A stretch of 58,810 nt of DNA, from assembly GCA_024280235.1 (NCBI GenBank), contig JAJRQN010000238.1, positions 1 through 58,810 of the forward strand, written 5' to 3'. The notes below the pieces were generated by a model that had not been told where the DNA came from, did not search any database, and saw only the letters and a program-made list of their open reading frames with translations. The position numbers and the translations under genes were made by a program. Shown piece after piece: positions 1 to 10,694 of the stretch (positions within the stretch are counted from its first letter, which is position 1; the number at the start of each line of letters is the position of its first letter). This DNA comes from Bacteroidota bacterium. Its GTDB lineage: Bacteria > Bacteroidota > Bacteroidia > Bacteroidales > F082.

Positions 1-214
1 CATCTGTTTGTAATTTTGTAGTTAATTGTCATTGAATAATATATTTATCATCGGATTTAACGGATTTAACGGATTTTAGTTTTCGCAAGCAAAAAACATC
101 CATGCCTCGCCGGCAGACGTTTAATCCGATGACTGTTTTTTTGGGGATAGTCATTCCCATGCATGCCCGGATCACAGAGACGGGTGTGTTTTAAACCAAT
201 CATGGATGTTTCAT
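1..214. repeat. Dispersed repeat family A, copy 1, with (GGATTTAAC)n 9-mers
   Basis: Reverse complement aligns with 58494-58674 (e.g. gtgtgttttaaaccaatcatggatgtttcat vs atgaaacatccataattggtttaaaacacac); partial copy at 22421-22478. Confidence 0.9.
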
Positions 215-218
215 ATTC

Positions 219-1118
219 TTATGTTTTAGATTTATTTGACCATTCAGGACTCCCCGTTTCCGAAAGTATGACGCCACAGATAACAACGATCAGCCCCACA
301 ATTTTTTTTACGGAAAGTTGTTCTCCAAGCATATAAAATGAAAAAATAACGGTAAAAACAGGAATCAGATTGGTATATAAACTGGATTTTATCACTCCAA
401 GATATTTCACGACATAGGCAAAGAGGACATAAGCCAAAGACGAAGCAAAAATTCCTAACATAAAAAGTGAGACAACTGTCATAATATCGGGATGGACGGA
501 CAGGAATCTTCTGCCATCTAAATAGAGGAAAAAGGGAAGAAAGAACAGCGAACCAATCATATTTTGCCAGGTTATGATAGTGATGGGACTGTATTTCAGA
601 CTGAGTTTCTTTAAAAAAACCACATAAAATACAGCAGAAAAAACAGCAAGGAATAGCAACAGAATCCCAAGAGGATTAGCATTCAGGCTGAAATTCTTAT
701 TCACAATAATATAAAGCAGGCCTGCAAAAGCAATTATCAGTCCTGCCACATTGATGGGGCGGAGGCGTTCTTTAAAATAGAAATAGGCGGCAAAGGGAGC
801 AAAAATAGGTATTGTGGAAACAATAATAGCACTTAGCGAAGCAGATACGAGGCTGAGACCGAAATTTTCGCCAATAAAATAAAGAAACGGATTTAGAAAA
901 GCACTTCCCCACAGCAGCCAGCGATCTTCCTTACGAATTGATTCTATCTGCCCTGTAAAATAGGCAAAAAGAAAAAGAACCACAAACGAAATGAGCAACC
1001 GAAAATAGATGGTAGTCAGTGGAGAATAAACTTCAAAAACAATTTTTGACCACACATACGACATCCCCCAGAAAAACATGGAAATAAAAGCCAGGATATG
1101 AATCTGAAATCTTTTCAT
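219..1118 (-). CDS. DMT/EamA family transporter
   Basis: 299 aa, about 10 hydrophobic segments, two EamA-like halves (FFWGMSY, FKERL, LGEQL). Confidence 0.9.
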   Translation of the reverse strand: MKRFQIHILAFISMFFWGMSYVWSKIVFEVYSPLTTIYFRLLISFVVLFLFAYFTGQIESIRKEDRWLLWGSAFLNPFLYFIGENFGLSLVSASLSAIIVSTIPIFAPFAAYFYFKERLRPINVAGLIIAFAGLLYIIVNKNFSLNANPLGILLLFLAVFSAVFYVVFLKKLSLKYSPITIITWQNMIGSLFFLPFFLYLDGRRFLSVHPDIMTVVSLFMLGIFASSLAYVLFAYVVKYLGVIKSSLYTNLIPVFTVIFSFYMLGEQLSVKKIVGLIVVICGVILSETGSPEWSNKSKT

Positions 1119-1939
1119 CAGCGATTATGAGCCTTGAATTTGGGTCTGTAATCAAGATACGGCAGTAGGAATACTTTTACTGAGCCTACTAAAATATTGG
1201 CTTCCACATATATAGGATAGCGATGCTTATCATCAGTTACATAAACAAGCAGCGGATCGGTGTCAGAAAAGAAAGTACTACTGGTAATCACCGCTTTATA
1301 GACATCACAGACAATCCGTTTTTTTTTGCGTACCATTTCGCCTTTTCCTGCATAAATAATATAATAAGTTTCTTTTTTCCCATCAATAATTAAAGGAACG
1401 GGAAGTGTATCGCCTACCTTAAGCGTATCGGTATTCGTGATTCGCAGGTAATAAGTTGCGCTGAGCACATCGTAAATTGATTTATCCAATGTTAGGATAG
1501 TATCTTTTGCAGGATGACGGGTAGCCTCCGTATGGACGTTTACATATTGATTTGCCCAATGAAAATGATAAATATTGTGGATATAATATCCCCCCTCCAA
1601 CGTCTTCTTCTCATAAAACAACGGCTTAAAACCTTTCCTGGCAGTAATGGAACGATAATAATCCTCCAGCTTAAAGATAAAAGCATATTTTTTCCGTGAA
1701 TAACCCGTACCGGTAAACTGCAAACTTTTCAGTCCCTTGAAAGTAACAGTATCAGTTTGCAACTTCACATTGCCGGCATATACCCACAAAGGGCCAAGGT
1801 TGTAATAAACACGTAGTTTGAGAATTTCGTGCGGTTCAAAAGGATAGGATTCTGTCTTTGACAAAGACTGCGCCATTCCTTTTGAAAAAATGCCCGTAAA
1901 TAAAAGGCTGAAAAAGAGAATAATGATTTTTCTCATCAT
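1118..1939 (-). CDS. DUF3108-family exported protein
   Basis: Signal peptide; PF.P.E.L N-terminus and VYVTDD...PI...I.VGSVK C-terminus typical of the family; overlaps next gene by 1 nt. Confidence 0.75.
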   Translation of the reverse strand: MMRKIIILFFSLLFTGIFSKGMAQSLSKTESYPFEPHEILKLRVYYNLGPLWVYAGNVKLQTDTVTFKGLKSLQFTGTGYSRKKYAFIFKLEDYYRSITARKGFKPLFYEKKTLEGGYYIHNIYHFHWANQYVNVHTEATRHPAKDTILTLDKSIYDVLSATYYLRITNTDTLKVGDTLPVPLIIDGKKETYYIIYAGKGEMVRKKKRIVCDVYKAVITSSTFFSDTDPLLVYVTDDKHRYPIYVEANILVGSVKVFLLPYLDYRPKFKAHNR

Positions 1940-2193
1940 AGTTTTACTGAAAAGTCAAAAGTAGTGAAAAACCTATGTCCTTGATAACCGTATAAGAAAA
2001 AAGGCTGATAGCATTAAAAAACCGGCTATTGAATAAAAAAAATGAGAGCTGCCCCTTTGTATATTACGGGCTTTTAAAAAAAAAAACCTGTCGCAAAAAC
2101 AACAGGTCGTTTTTTCTGGGTAACCGAAGGCCGGTATAATTCCCTTTTGATTTTTCTAATAACCTAAAAAAACAGGTCTTTAGATTATTTATG

Positions 2194-2267
2194 TAGCGAG
2201 ACCGAGAATTGAACTCGGGACCTCCGGGTTATGAATCCGACGCTCTAACCTGCTGAGCTACCTCGCC
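2194..2267 (-). tRNA. tRNA-Met (CAT), elongator type, CCA not encoded
   Basis: Reverse complement GGCGAGGTAGCTCAGCAGGTTAGAGCGTCGGATTCATAACCCGGAGGTCCCGAGTTCAATTCTCGGTCTCGCTA folds as a cloverleaf with a TTCATAA anticodon loop. Confidence 0.95.
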
Positions 2268-2279
2268 GTTTTGAGGGTG

Positions 2280-2287
2280 CAAAAATA
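2280..2287 (-). promoter_or_regulatory. Bacteroidota housekeeping -7 promoter element for the tRNA
   Basis: TATTTTTG (TAnnTTTG) on the minus strand, 12 nt upstream of the tRNA. Confidence 0.7.
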
Positions 2288-2586
2288 AAAAATTAAATGA
2301 TTATGCAACCTTTTTTTTAAATACGATTAAATATTATTTCGGTTTGCAAATTCTAATAACCTTAGCCTGACATGAGATTTACACCACAGAAAGCCAATAA
2401 CATGCCGGATTTACAACTAAACAGAACCTGCTAATAAACGTTTAAGCTATTGATGTGTAGATTATTATTAGAGGACTAAGGCGTATTGTTTTCCGGCAAT
2501 TTTATTAAAAACACGTGCATTTATTATAGCCATTACTTCAAAACAAAGAAAAATCTGTTTTTAGTTTCAAAAAGACAGCCTCCGGC

Positions 2587-3813
2587 CTATTCGTACCTGA
2601 GTGCTCTGGCCGGCTCAATACGTACAATGTAAAATGAAGGGATGATGAGCATTAGAAGACAAAGAAAAAATGTTCCGGCATTGAGCAGAAAAAAGTTGGA
2701 AAGAGAAAGCTCAACAGGCACATAGGAGACATAATAGCTGACAGGATTGAGACGAATCAGATGAAAAAAGTACTGGACAAAATAGAAAAGCAGGCTGAGA
2801 AGGTTTCCCCACAACATGCCGCGACCAATGATATAAGCCGCCTTGTAAAGAAAAATTTTCCGAATCAAAAGGTTGTCGGCACCCAATGTTTTTAAAATGC
2901 CCACCATGCCGGTTCGTTCAATAATCAAAATAAACAATGTGGAAATCATGGTGATGCCCGCCACGAGAATCATCAGCACCAGGATCACTACCACGTTTGT
3001 ATCCAGCAGGTTAAGCCAGTTGAATATCTGGGGATAGGTATCATATATCGTGTTGATATTCAGATTATAAGGGATGCTTTTGTAAAGAGTCTGTGCGATG
3101 GCTTTTAGCTTTCCAAAATCACGAACCTGAAGTTCGATGCTGCCTGCTTCGTTAGGTTTCCAACTATTGAGATGTTGAATTTGCCGCAGGTCGCCAATAA
3201 GAAAACGGTTATCAAACATTTCTATTCCGGTATTGTAAATGCCGCTGATAACGAGTTTGCGACCCAGTGCAGCGGTAGCCTCTTTGCCAATAAACCAGAT
3301 ACGCACTGCATCGCCGGGTTTGAGTCGCAATTTTGTGGCCAGTTTTTGAGAAATGAGAATTTGACGTCCGGGATGGCTTGTACGAAAGTCGGGCAGATGA
3401 CCGGCAACAAGGTTCTCTTTCAGAAAGTGCCAATCGTAATTTTTCCCCACACCTTTTAAGATAACACCCTGAATTTGATTTTTGGTTTTCAGCACACCCC
3501 CTTTTTGGGCTGTGAACTGAACATGTGTAATTTCGGGATTGCTACGTAGTTTTTTCAGAAATTTTGTCCCGATAGTTACAGGGCTTTCTTCAAGAGATTC
3601 GTTTCGAGTAAACGCCACAATCTGCAACGGAGCAGCAAAACCAACAACTTTGTTGCTAATGGAATGTTTAAATCCGATGACGATAGCCACCGAAACAATC
3701 ATTAGCATCAGCCCTAACGCAATGCCAATAACGGCAATACGGATAACCGGACGTGCGTAAGCTTCAGAGCGGCCGGGAGCAATATGTCCGGCTATAAAAC
3801 GGGCAACATTCAA
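2587..3813 (-). CDS. LolC/E-like ABC transporter permease (MacB/FtsX family)
   Basis: N-terminal TM, large periplasmic domain, IIERTGMVGILKTLGA motif, C-terminal P.RALRYE. Confidence 0.9.
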   Translation of the reverse strand: MNVARFIAGHIAPGRSEAYARPVIRIAVIGIALGLMLMIVSVAIVIGFKHSISNKVVGFAAPLQIVAFTRNESLEESPVTIGTKFLKKLRSNPEITHVQFTAQKGGVLKTKNQIQGVILKGVGKNYDWHFLKENLVAGHLPDFRTSHPGRQILISQKLATKLRLKPGDAVRIWFIGKEATAALGRKLVISGIYNTGIEMFDNRFLIGDLRQIQHLNSWKPNEAGSIELQVRDFGKLKAIAQTLYKSIPYNLNINTIYDTYPQIFNWLNLLDTNVVVILVLMILVAGITMISTLFILIIERTGMVGILKTLGADNLLIRKIFLYKAAYIIGRGMLWGNLLSLLFYFVQYFFHLIRLNPVSYYVSYVPVELSLSNFFLLNAGTFFLCLLMLIIPSFYIVRIEPARALRYE

Positions 3814-3896
3814 TGTATTTTTTTTACAAAATTATCATTTCCTGCTTTAAAACAGCCACCTTTTGTATTTTTACCATTTAAAACAGGAGATTTTTT

Positions 3897-5087
3897 ATGA
3901 AGACACGTACTCTTTTTTTTATTTTATTTCTATTTTCCGGTTTTGTGTGCCATGCACAAAATAAGCGGCCCGTACTTACTAACTTTCATCAAATTGTTAC
4001 CGGTGACGAGCAGACATCCCTCTACTTTCCTTTGTTACAGGGAAAACATGTGGCGGTAGTTGCTAACCAGAGTGCCATTATCGGAAAGACAAATTTGGTG
4101 GATACACTATTGGCGAAAGATATAAAAGTAATACGGATTTTCAGTCCCGAACATGGTTTTAGAGGAAACAAAAGTGCCGGAGCACACATCAACGACGGAG
4201 TGGATACCGAAACAGGCCTTCCCATTGTGTCGCTTTACGGAAAACACCGAAAACCTACACCAGATGACCTGAGAGGTGTGGATGTGGTGGTTTTCGACCT
4301 GCAGGATGTGGGGGTACGTTTTTATACATACATTTCAACAATGACATTGGTAATGGAAGCCTGCGCCGAAAATCACATTCCGGTCATCCTCCTCGACCGT
4401 CCTAATCCCAACGGATTTTATGTAGATGGGCCGGTACGAAAACCCGGATTTCAATCTTTTGTAGGTATGCATCCGGTACCGGTGGTTTACGGAATGACCA
4501 TTGGCGAATATGCCCGCATGGTCAATGGCGAACATTGGCTGAAAAACGGAATCACATGTCATTTAACCGTTATACCGCTGAAGAAATATCATCGCAATAT
4601 GTTGGTAAAACTACCTGTAAAACCTTCACCCAACCTGCCCGACTGGGAAGCCATTTATCTATATCCTTCGCTTTGTTTTTTTGAAGGAACAGTGGTAAGT
4701 GTAGGCAGAGGGACATCGAAACCGTTTCAAATTTACGGACACCCAAAAATGAAAGGCAGCTATTCATTTTTGCCGGTAAGCACGCCCGGTGCAAGCCTGC
4801 ATCCAAAATTTGAAAATCAGACATGCAGAGGTACTGATTTGAGTGCTTTCGCAAAAAATGCTTTCCGCAAACCCGGCCGGATTTATCTGAAATGGCTACT
4901 GGATGCTTACCACCAAATAGGGGAAAATGGCCATTTTTTTAATCATTATTTCGACACACTGGCCGGAACTGATATACTGCGCAAGCAAATAGAAGCAGGG
5001 ATGACCGAAGGCCAGATTAGAAAAAGCTGGCAAAAAGATTTGAAAGCCTTTAAAAAAATAAGAAAAAAATATTTGTTGTATCATTAA
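3897..5087 (+). CDS. namZ: Exo-beta-N-acetylmuramidase NamZ family (DUF1343)
   Basis: FSPEHGFRG, FDLQDVGVRFYTY, LDRPNP, PSPNLP and SVGRGT motifs. Confidence 0.88.
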   Translation: MKTRTLFFILFLFSGFVCHAQNKRPVLTNFHQIVTGDEQTSLYFPLLQGKHVAVVANQSAIIGKTNLVDTLLAKDIKVIRIFSPEHGFRGNKSAGAHINDGVDTETGLPIVSLYGKHRKPTPDDLRGVDVVVFDLQDVGVRFYTYISTMTLVMEACAENHIPVILLDRPNPNGFYVDGPVRKPGFQSFVGMHPVPVVYGMTIGEYARMVNGEHWLKNGITCHLTVIPLKKYHRNMLVKLPVKPSPNLPDWEAIYLYPSLCFFEGTVVSVGRGTSKPFQIYGHPKMKGSYSFLPVSTPGASLHPKFENQTCRGTDLSAFAKNAFRKPGRIYLKWLLDAYHQIGENGHFFNHYFDTLAGTDILRKQIEAGMTEGQIRKSWQKDLKAFKKIRKKYLLYH

Positions 5088-5207
5088 AACCTTTTAACTG
5101 ATTGTTGTACAATTCGTCTGCGGGATTTGCAATTCCACTGTAAGCATGGCGATTCAAAATCTTTCCCGAAACATTCAGGTTACACATGTCTCGCCTATTG
5201 CCTTAGG

Positions 5208-5237
5208 CAGGGTCTGCTGAAAAATGCTTAAATTATT
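5208..5237 (+). repeat. 30-bp direct repeat, left copy
   Basis: cagggtctgctgaaaaatgcttaaattatt, 29/30 identical to 7068-7097. Confidence 0.85.
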
Positions 5238-5265
5238 GATGTATAAATTATTATATTGAAGTTGT

Positions 5266-5488
5266 TTAAAGATGCGAATTTGAATTGGATAAAATATGTT
5301 TCTTAAGTTTTATCTTATTGAATCCCTACAGGATTCTGTGGAAAGACGGTTTATCATCCACAGGCTTTACCGGTAGTTAATCACATTCAATCCCTTTGGG
5401 ATTTTCCAAAAAGGAATAAAACTTTTTAATTGAATCACGTGTTATCCAAGCAAAATGAAAAGATAGAGCATTAAAATAGGAATTAGCC
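5266..5488 (+). repeat. Dispersed REP-like repeat family B, copy 1
   Basis: Colinear direct copy of 50566-50787 (shared ttgaattggataaaatatgtttct, caggattctgtggaaagacggtttatcatccac, gcattaaaataggaattagcc). Confidence 0.92.
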
Positions 5489-5589
5489 GTGGAATCCGTA
5501 AGCATTTAAAATATATTCAAACTCTGTTTTCACCATACCATTGTTTATTGTACTTTTGGAATTACAAAACCTGAGTAAAAACAAACCCC

Positions 5590-7038
5590 ATGAAAAAAAC
5601 TTATCTGTTTTTGGTGCTTCTCCTGCTGTTTGCTGCAGGTTGTAAAAGAGAAAACAATAATACAACAACCGAACCGGTTACCAAAAACCTGACAATTTTC
5701 TTCATCAACGATCAGCACGGACAGATTGATAATTTTTCAAAAATCAAACAGATTATCGACCGGGAAAAGCAGCAAACGAATGCTAATGTTATTGTAGCCT
5801 GTGCCGGCGACATCTTTTCCGGAAATCCCATTGTGGACAACTATCCCGAAAAAGGATATCCCATGATTGACGTTATGAACCGTGTGGGATTTAACATTTC
5901 CGAATTGGGAAACCACGATTTTGACTACGGGGAACAAATTTTGAAAAAGCGGATGCTTCAGGCACATTTTCACTGGATTTGTGCCAATGTAAACATGGAA
6001 AACAGTGGTATTCCCCAACCTGCTCCTTACCTGACTCTGCAGTCAGGAAACCTGAAAATTACTTTTCTCGGACTGATAGAAACCAATGGAAAACCCGACG
6101 CCGTTATCCCTTCCACCGACCCCAATAAAATAAAAGACATCCGTTTTGAAAGACCGGAAAATGTGGTTGCAAAATACGCCGACATCAAAAAGAAAGAAAA
6201 TTCGGATTTGTATATTGCCCTTACTCATCTCGGCTTCAGCCAGAAGAAATACAGCGACCTCGGCGATGAACAACTTGCCTTGCAATATCCTTACTTTGAC
6301 CTGATTATCGGAGGCCATTCGCATCAATACATCGATACGGTCATCAATCACATTCCCATCTTTCAGGTGGGTTCTTACCTGCATAGCCTTGGGAAAATCA
6401 GCCTTGCGGTAAAAAACAAAAAAATCATCAGCCTAAAATATGATTGTATCAACCTGGATAAATATCAGGGGGAAGATGCAGGCCTCATGAAAATTATTGA
6501 TACCTACGACAACTCCATGCCACAGTTGAACGATGTCATCGGCTATGCTCATCAAAAAATGTACAAAAGTCAGACAGGATGTTTTTACACCGATGCGCTA
6601 AGAGCAGCCATGAAGGTGGATGTTTCGTTTCAGAATACCGGCGGCATCAGGGCAGACCTTAACAAAGGAGACATCACCAAAAGAGATATTTACCGCATTT
6701 CTCCCTTTAACAACGGCACCGTGATTTATCATATGACGGTAGGACAGATAAAGAACTTCCTCATGGGTTCGAGATCGGGTTTTTATTACTCGGGGATGGG
6801 GATAAACCAAAAAGGCAGTGAGGTGCAAATCAGCGACACCAGTGGAAATATCTTAAAAGACAATAAAATTCTAACGGTTGGGCTAAATGACTATATTCCT
6901 GCTGTTTACGACAATTATTTTCCGTCGGACGGGAAAATACAGCCGCTCACCGCTGCCGAAACGCTTATTTACTATCTGGAACACATCGACAGCGAGGTGG
7001 ATTACCCGCACTGCGACCGGTACTTTAGATACCGGTAG
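5590..7038 (+). CDS. Metallophosphatase/5'-nucleotidase lipoprotein
   Basis: Lipobox FAAGC; NDQHG, GDIFSG, GNHDFD, THLG and GGHSH motifs; NTGGIR C-terminal domain. Confidence 0.9.
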   Translation: MKKTYLFLVLLLLFAAGCKRENNNTTTEPVTKNLTIFFINDQHGQIDNFSKIKQIIDREKQQTNANVIVACAGDIFSGNPIVDNYPEKGYPMIDVMNRVGFNISELGNHDFDYGEQILKKRMLQAHFHWICANVNMENSGIPQPAPYLTLQSGNLKITFLGLIETNGKPDAVIPSTDPNKIKDIRFERPENVVAKYADIKKKENSDLYIALTHLGFSQKKYSDLGDEQLALQYPYFDLIIGGHSHQYIDTVINHIPIFQVGSYLHSLGKISLAVKNKKIISLKYDCINLDKYQGEDAGLMKIIDTYDNSMPQLNDVIGYAHQKMYKSQTGCFYTDALRAAMKVDVSFQNTGGIRADLNKGDITKRDIYRISPFNNGTVIYHMTVGQIKNFLMGSRSGFYYSGMGINQKGSEVQISDTSGNILKDNKILTVGLNDYIPAVYDNYFPSDGKIQPLTAAETLIYYLEHIDSEVDYPHCDRYFRYR

Positions 7039-7067
7039 GCAAAAGTGCCATCCCTGCCTGTTTTAAA

Positions 7068-7097
7068 CAGGGTCTGCTGAAAAACGCTTAAATTATT
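7068..7097 (+). repeat. 30-bp direct repeat, right copy; overlaps the nfo stop codon
   Basis: cagggtctgctgaaaaacgcttaaattatt. Confidence 0.85.
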
Positions 7098-7938
7098 TTT
7101 CTGTCAATCCATACAACAGCTCAATCTCCTGCGGCCACAAGTTAGTATCGGGAGTTTCCAGTATCAGTGGCATGTCATCAAAGCGGGGGTCGGTCATAAT
7201 CCGGCGAAACATGTCGATGCCGATAAAACCTTTTCCAATACTGTCGTGACGGTCCACACGTGAAGCCAGCTCTTTTTTTGAGTCGTTTAGATGCATCCCT
7301 TTCAGGTATTGGAAACCTACAATACGGTCAAAATCGGTAAAAGTTTTTTCATAGCCGGCTTCGGTTTTAATGTTGTAACCTGAAGTGTATGTGTGGCAGG
7401 TGTCGATACACACGCCTACCCGGCTTTTGTCCTCCACGCGGTCGATAATGGCGGCGAGTTGTTCAAAGCGGAAGCCGAGGTTTGTTCCCTGTCCGGCAGT
7501 GTTTTCGATGACCGCGGTTACGCCACTGGTTTTGTCCAAAGCCCAATTAATAGATTCGGCAATGGTATTTAAGCAAGACTCTTCCGTTATTTTTTTCAGA
7601 TGAGAGCCGGGATGAAAGTTCAGCCTGTCAAGGCCAAGCCGCTCGCAGCGTTGCAACTCGTCCAGAAAGGCATTACGGGATTTTTCCAGCGGTTCTTTCT
7701 CCGGATGACCGAGGTTGATCAGGTAGCTGTCGTGCGGCAAAATTTGATGCGGAGTATAACCGTATTTTTGGCAATTCTCTTTGAAAAGCCGGATATTGTT
7801 CTCTGTCAATGGTTTGGAAAACCACTGACGTTGATTTTTGGTAAAAAGGGCAAAAGCTTTTGCACCAATGGCATACGCATTTACAGGAGCATTTTCTACG
7901 CCGCCCGAAGCACTTACGTGAGCACCGACATATTTCAT
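7093..7938 (-). CDS. nfo: Endonuclease IV
   Basis: [46 protein letters not shown] and ILETP motifs. Confidence 0.97.
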   Translation of the reverse strand: MKYVGAHVSASGGVENAPVNAYAIGAKAFALFTKNQRQWFSKPLTENNIRLFKENCQKYGYTPHQILPHDSYLINLGHPEKEPLEKSRNAFLDELQRCERLGLDRLNFHPGSHLKKITEESCLNTIAESINWALDKTSGVTAVIENTAGQGTNLGFRFEQLAAIIDRVEDKSRVGVCIDTCHTYTSGYNIKTEAGYEKTFTDFDRIVGFQYLKGMHLNDSKKELASRVDRHDSIGKGFIGIDMFRRIMTDPRFDDMPLILETPDTNLWPQEIELLYGLTEK

Positions 7939-8011
7939 GGATTTCTTTTTATATTCGTGAAAAAATTTAAACTCAGCTTGTGGGGACTATTCATCCCAAT
8001 CTCTCAAAAAA

Positions 8012-8081
8012 AGGATTTTATCCGTTGTCCTGAAACATTCGGATTACACGCGTCTCGGCTCAGACAAGAAATCCGAATGAG
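8012..8081. repeat. REP family C (CATTCGGATT..AATCCGAATGAG) with an inserted segment
   Basis: Matches the reverse complement of 58443-58494 except for a ~21 nt insert; 8028-8057 is 25/30 identical to 5164-5193. Confidence 0.65.
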
Positions 8082-8103
8082 TTACATTTAAAAAAGAAGA
8101 TGC

Positions 8104-9303
8104 CTAATTTGTTCTTCCCGGATAAACTTTCAACGCTTCTGCCAACACTTTTACCGAGCTTTTCAGGTCTTCCACTTTTAGTACATAGCTGATGCGAATT
8201 TCGTCTTTCCCTTTACCGGGTGTGGAATAAAATCCGGAAGCCGGTGCAAGCATAACTGTCTGATACTCAAATTCAAAATCTTCGAGCAACCATCTGCAGA
8301 ATTTGTCCGAATCATCAATAGGCAACCGGGCAACCACATAAAAAGCACCGGACGGATTGGGACAAAATGCACCTTCGATATTGTTGATACCCTCAACAAC
8401 TGCGTTCCGCCTTGCAATGTACTCTTTTATCACAGCAACAAAATATTCGTCCGGTGTGTCCACAGCCGCTTCGGCAAGCACCTGACCGAAAGTGGGCGGG
8501 CTGAGCCGGGCCTGTGCAAATTTCAATGCAGTGGAAATAACAGTTTTATTACGCGAGATCAGCCAGCCGATACGTGCGCCACAAGCGCTATAACGTTTTG
8601 AGATAGAATCAATTAATATCACATTATCGTCAATACCATCGAGATACATAGCCGAATAATGCGTTTTCCCATCGTAGGTAAACTCACGGTAAACTTCATC
8701 AGCAATAAGATAAAGATCATATTTTTTGACCAAATCGCGCAGGGTTTCCATCTCCTCTTTGGAATAAAGATAACCTGTGGGATTGTTGGGATTGCATATC
8801 AGAATAGCTTTGGTTTTGTCTGTGATAGCTTTCTCAAATGCTTCCATGGGTGGCAGGGCAAAACCGGTTTCAATATCCGAAACTATCGGTGTTACGTTGA
8901 TGCCTGCGTTGGTGGCAAAGCCATTGTAATTGGCATAAAAAGGTTCGGGAATAATCACCTCATCCTCCGGATCCATAATGCTTTGGAATGCAAACAGTAA
9001 AGCTTCGGAAGCGCCGGTTCCCACAATAATCTGATCGGAAGTAACGTCAATATTTACTGTTTTATAATAATCCGTAAGACGCTCACGCAGCGACAGCATC
9101 CCGGCCGAGTGACTGTATTCGACGACCTTGTGGTTGTAATTCCGGATGGCATTCAGTGCTACTTCCGGCGTTTCGATATCTGGTTGACCAATGTTCAGAT
9201 GATATACTTTGCGTCCTCTTTTCTTTGCCTCATCGGCAAAAGGGACGAGCTTGCGAATGGGTGATTCGGGCATCTGTTGCCCTTTGAAGGAAATTTTTGG
9301 CAT
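8104..9303 (-). CDS. PLP-dependent class I/II (aspartate-type) aminotransferase
   Basis: LNIGQPD, CNPNNPTG, ADEVY and SISKRYSACGARIG (PLP lysine) motifs. Confidence 0.92.
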   Translation of the reverse strand: MPKISFKGQQMPESPIRKLVPFADEAKKRGRKVYHLNIGQPDIETPEVALNAIRNYNHKVVEYSHSAGMLSLRERLTDYYKTVNIDVTSDQIIVGTGASEALLFAFQSIMDPEDEVIIPEPFYANYNGFATNAGINVTPIVSDIETGFALPPMEAFEKAITDKTKAILICNPNNPTGYLYSKEEMETLRDLVKKYDLYLIADEVYREFTYDGKTHYSAMYLDGIDDNVILIDSISKRYSACGARIGWLISRNKTVISTALKFAQARLSPPTFGQVLAEAAVDTPDEYFVAVIKEYIARRNAVVEGINNIEGAFCPNPSGAFYVVARLPIDDSDKFCRWLLEDFEFEYQTVMLAPASGFYSTPGKGKDEIRISYVLKVEDLKSSVKVLAEALKVYPGRTN

Positions 9304-9317
9304 TATCTTGAGGTTTT

Positions 9318-9764
9318 TTATTTATGAACAGGCGTGGCGTTTTTGTCAGTATGCTTAACCGGCAACATAGGCTTAGGGCGGGGAATGACCTCGCCGTGAA
9401 TATGCAGAACGACCGGTTTTGATGCGTTAGAATAAACCGTAACGGTTTTATTGAAATAGCCCAATATATGTGTGTTGTAAGTTACTTTTATGCTTCCGGA
9501 GTCGCCGGGAAGTATGGGCGCTTTGGGCCAGGTGGGAACCGTGCAACCACAGGAAGAATGCGGACGGGATAGAAGTAGTGGTTCCTTGCCTGTATTGATA
9601 AACTTAAAATTATGTGTCCCGTTTGACTGGTAATAAATCTTTTTGAAATGAAAGGTTGTTTCGTTAAATTTCAAAACAGCACCCGAAGTTTTACTTGTCT
9701 TCTGCTGTGCTTGAATTTGTAAAGCAAAAAACGCAAGCAGAATCAAAATTCCAATTTTTTTCAT
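9318..9764 (-). CDS. DUF1573 domain protein
   Basis: Signal peptide; F.NTG.EPL...SSCGCT.P...PI.PG motif. Confidence 0.88.
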   Translation of the reverse strand: MKKIGILILLAFFALQIQAQQKTSKTSGAVLKFNETTFHFKKIYYQSNGTHNFKFINTGKEPLLLSRPHSSCGCTVPTWPKAPILPGDSGSIKVTYNTHILGYFNKTVTVYSNASKPVVLHIHGEVIPRPKPMLPVKHTDKNATPVHK

Positions 9765-10057
9765 AGTAAATAAATTTATTTTTTATTGCACAAATTTAGT
9801 AATAAAATTTATCCTGTTTCCATAATTCAGATGCAGAAAGATAATGGTTAAAAACATTGTTGAAAAGTTGATAAAAACCGGATATATTTTCGGGGTAAAT
9901 ACCCATAATTTTACTAAGACAATAAAGCCCTGATAACAGAAGCCTGATTTTTGCAAATCGGGTTAATACCAAGCTCCATTATAAAATATCAACAGGACTA
10001 ATTGAAATAATATTGATTTGAAATACAATATGATATGAACATTTAAAGAATGAGATT

Positions 10058-10618
10058 ATGAAAAAAAGTCTGTTACTCTTAGTTTTTATGAGTTTTTTTA
10101 TTTCGGAAATATTTTCACAGCAGGAAAAGACGCCAATGTTGACAAGCCATCCAAAAATTGAATTGGGTTTCCAGGGTTTGGGAGTTGGCTATGAATTTGC
10201 TCTCGGCGGGAAAACAGTAATTGATATCAATGCAGGGCTTGGTGGCGGTTATACTGTCAATAACGGGACCGTAAGCTATGAGTGGGGGTTTATTGATCCT
10301 GCATTTTATGCAATCACGGAATTCAGGTACTATTACAACCTGCCAAAAAGGTTAGCCAAAAATCGAAACAGAGGTAACAATGCAGGAAATTATGTGGGAG
10401 CACAGGTGAAATATGCCACCCGGGAGGTTTTTAACATCTCCTCTAATGTCGACTTACACAACACCTTATTGACGGAAGTTCACTGGGGTATTCAGAGGAA
10501 TCTGGGAAAGAAATATATTTTCAACCTGCATCTCGGTCTGGGCTATGCTTACGACTATGACCAGGACACAGGAGGACTTTACCTTGCGATTGGTGCGAAA
10601 TTCGGATACCTGTTTTAA
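10058..10618 (+). CDS. Small outer-membrane beta-barrel protein
   Basis: Signal peptide, alternating beta-strand pattern, C-terminal GYLF. Confidence 0.7.
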   Translation: MKKSLLLLVFMSFFISEIFSQQEKTPMLTSHPKIELGFQGLGVGYEFALGGKTVIDINAGLGGGYTVNNGTVSYEWGFIDPAFYAITEFRYYYNLPKRLAKNRNRGNNAGNYVGAQVKYATREVFNISSNVDLHNTLLTEVHWGIQRNLGKKYIFNLHLGLGYAYDYDQDTGGLYLAIGAKFGYLF

Positions 10619-10694
10619 TGAATATCGTCCCTGCTTAAACTTCGGTCAGTCAAAAAAACAATACGGCTGATTTTGCTTACACAATTTCCCACAT

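Noticed and set aside
2194-2586. tRNA-Met as an integration site
   Set aside because: No duplicated tRNA 3' end or integrase found in the window.
9893-9904. GGGTAAATACCC palindrome as a response-regulator site
   Set aside because: Single short occurrence with no cognate regulator in the window.
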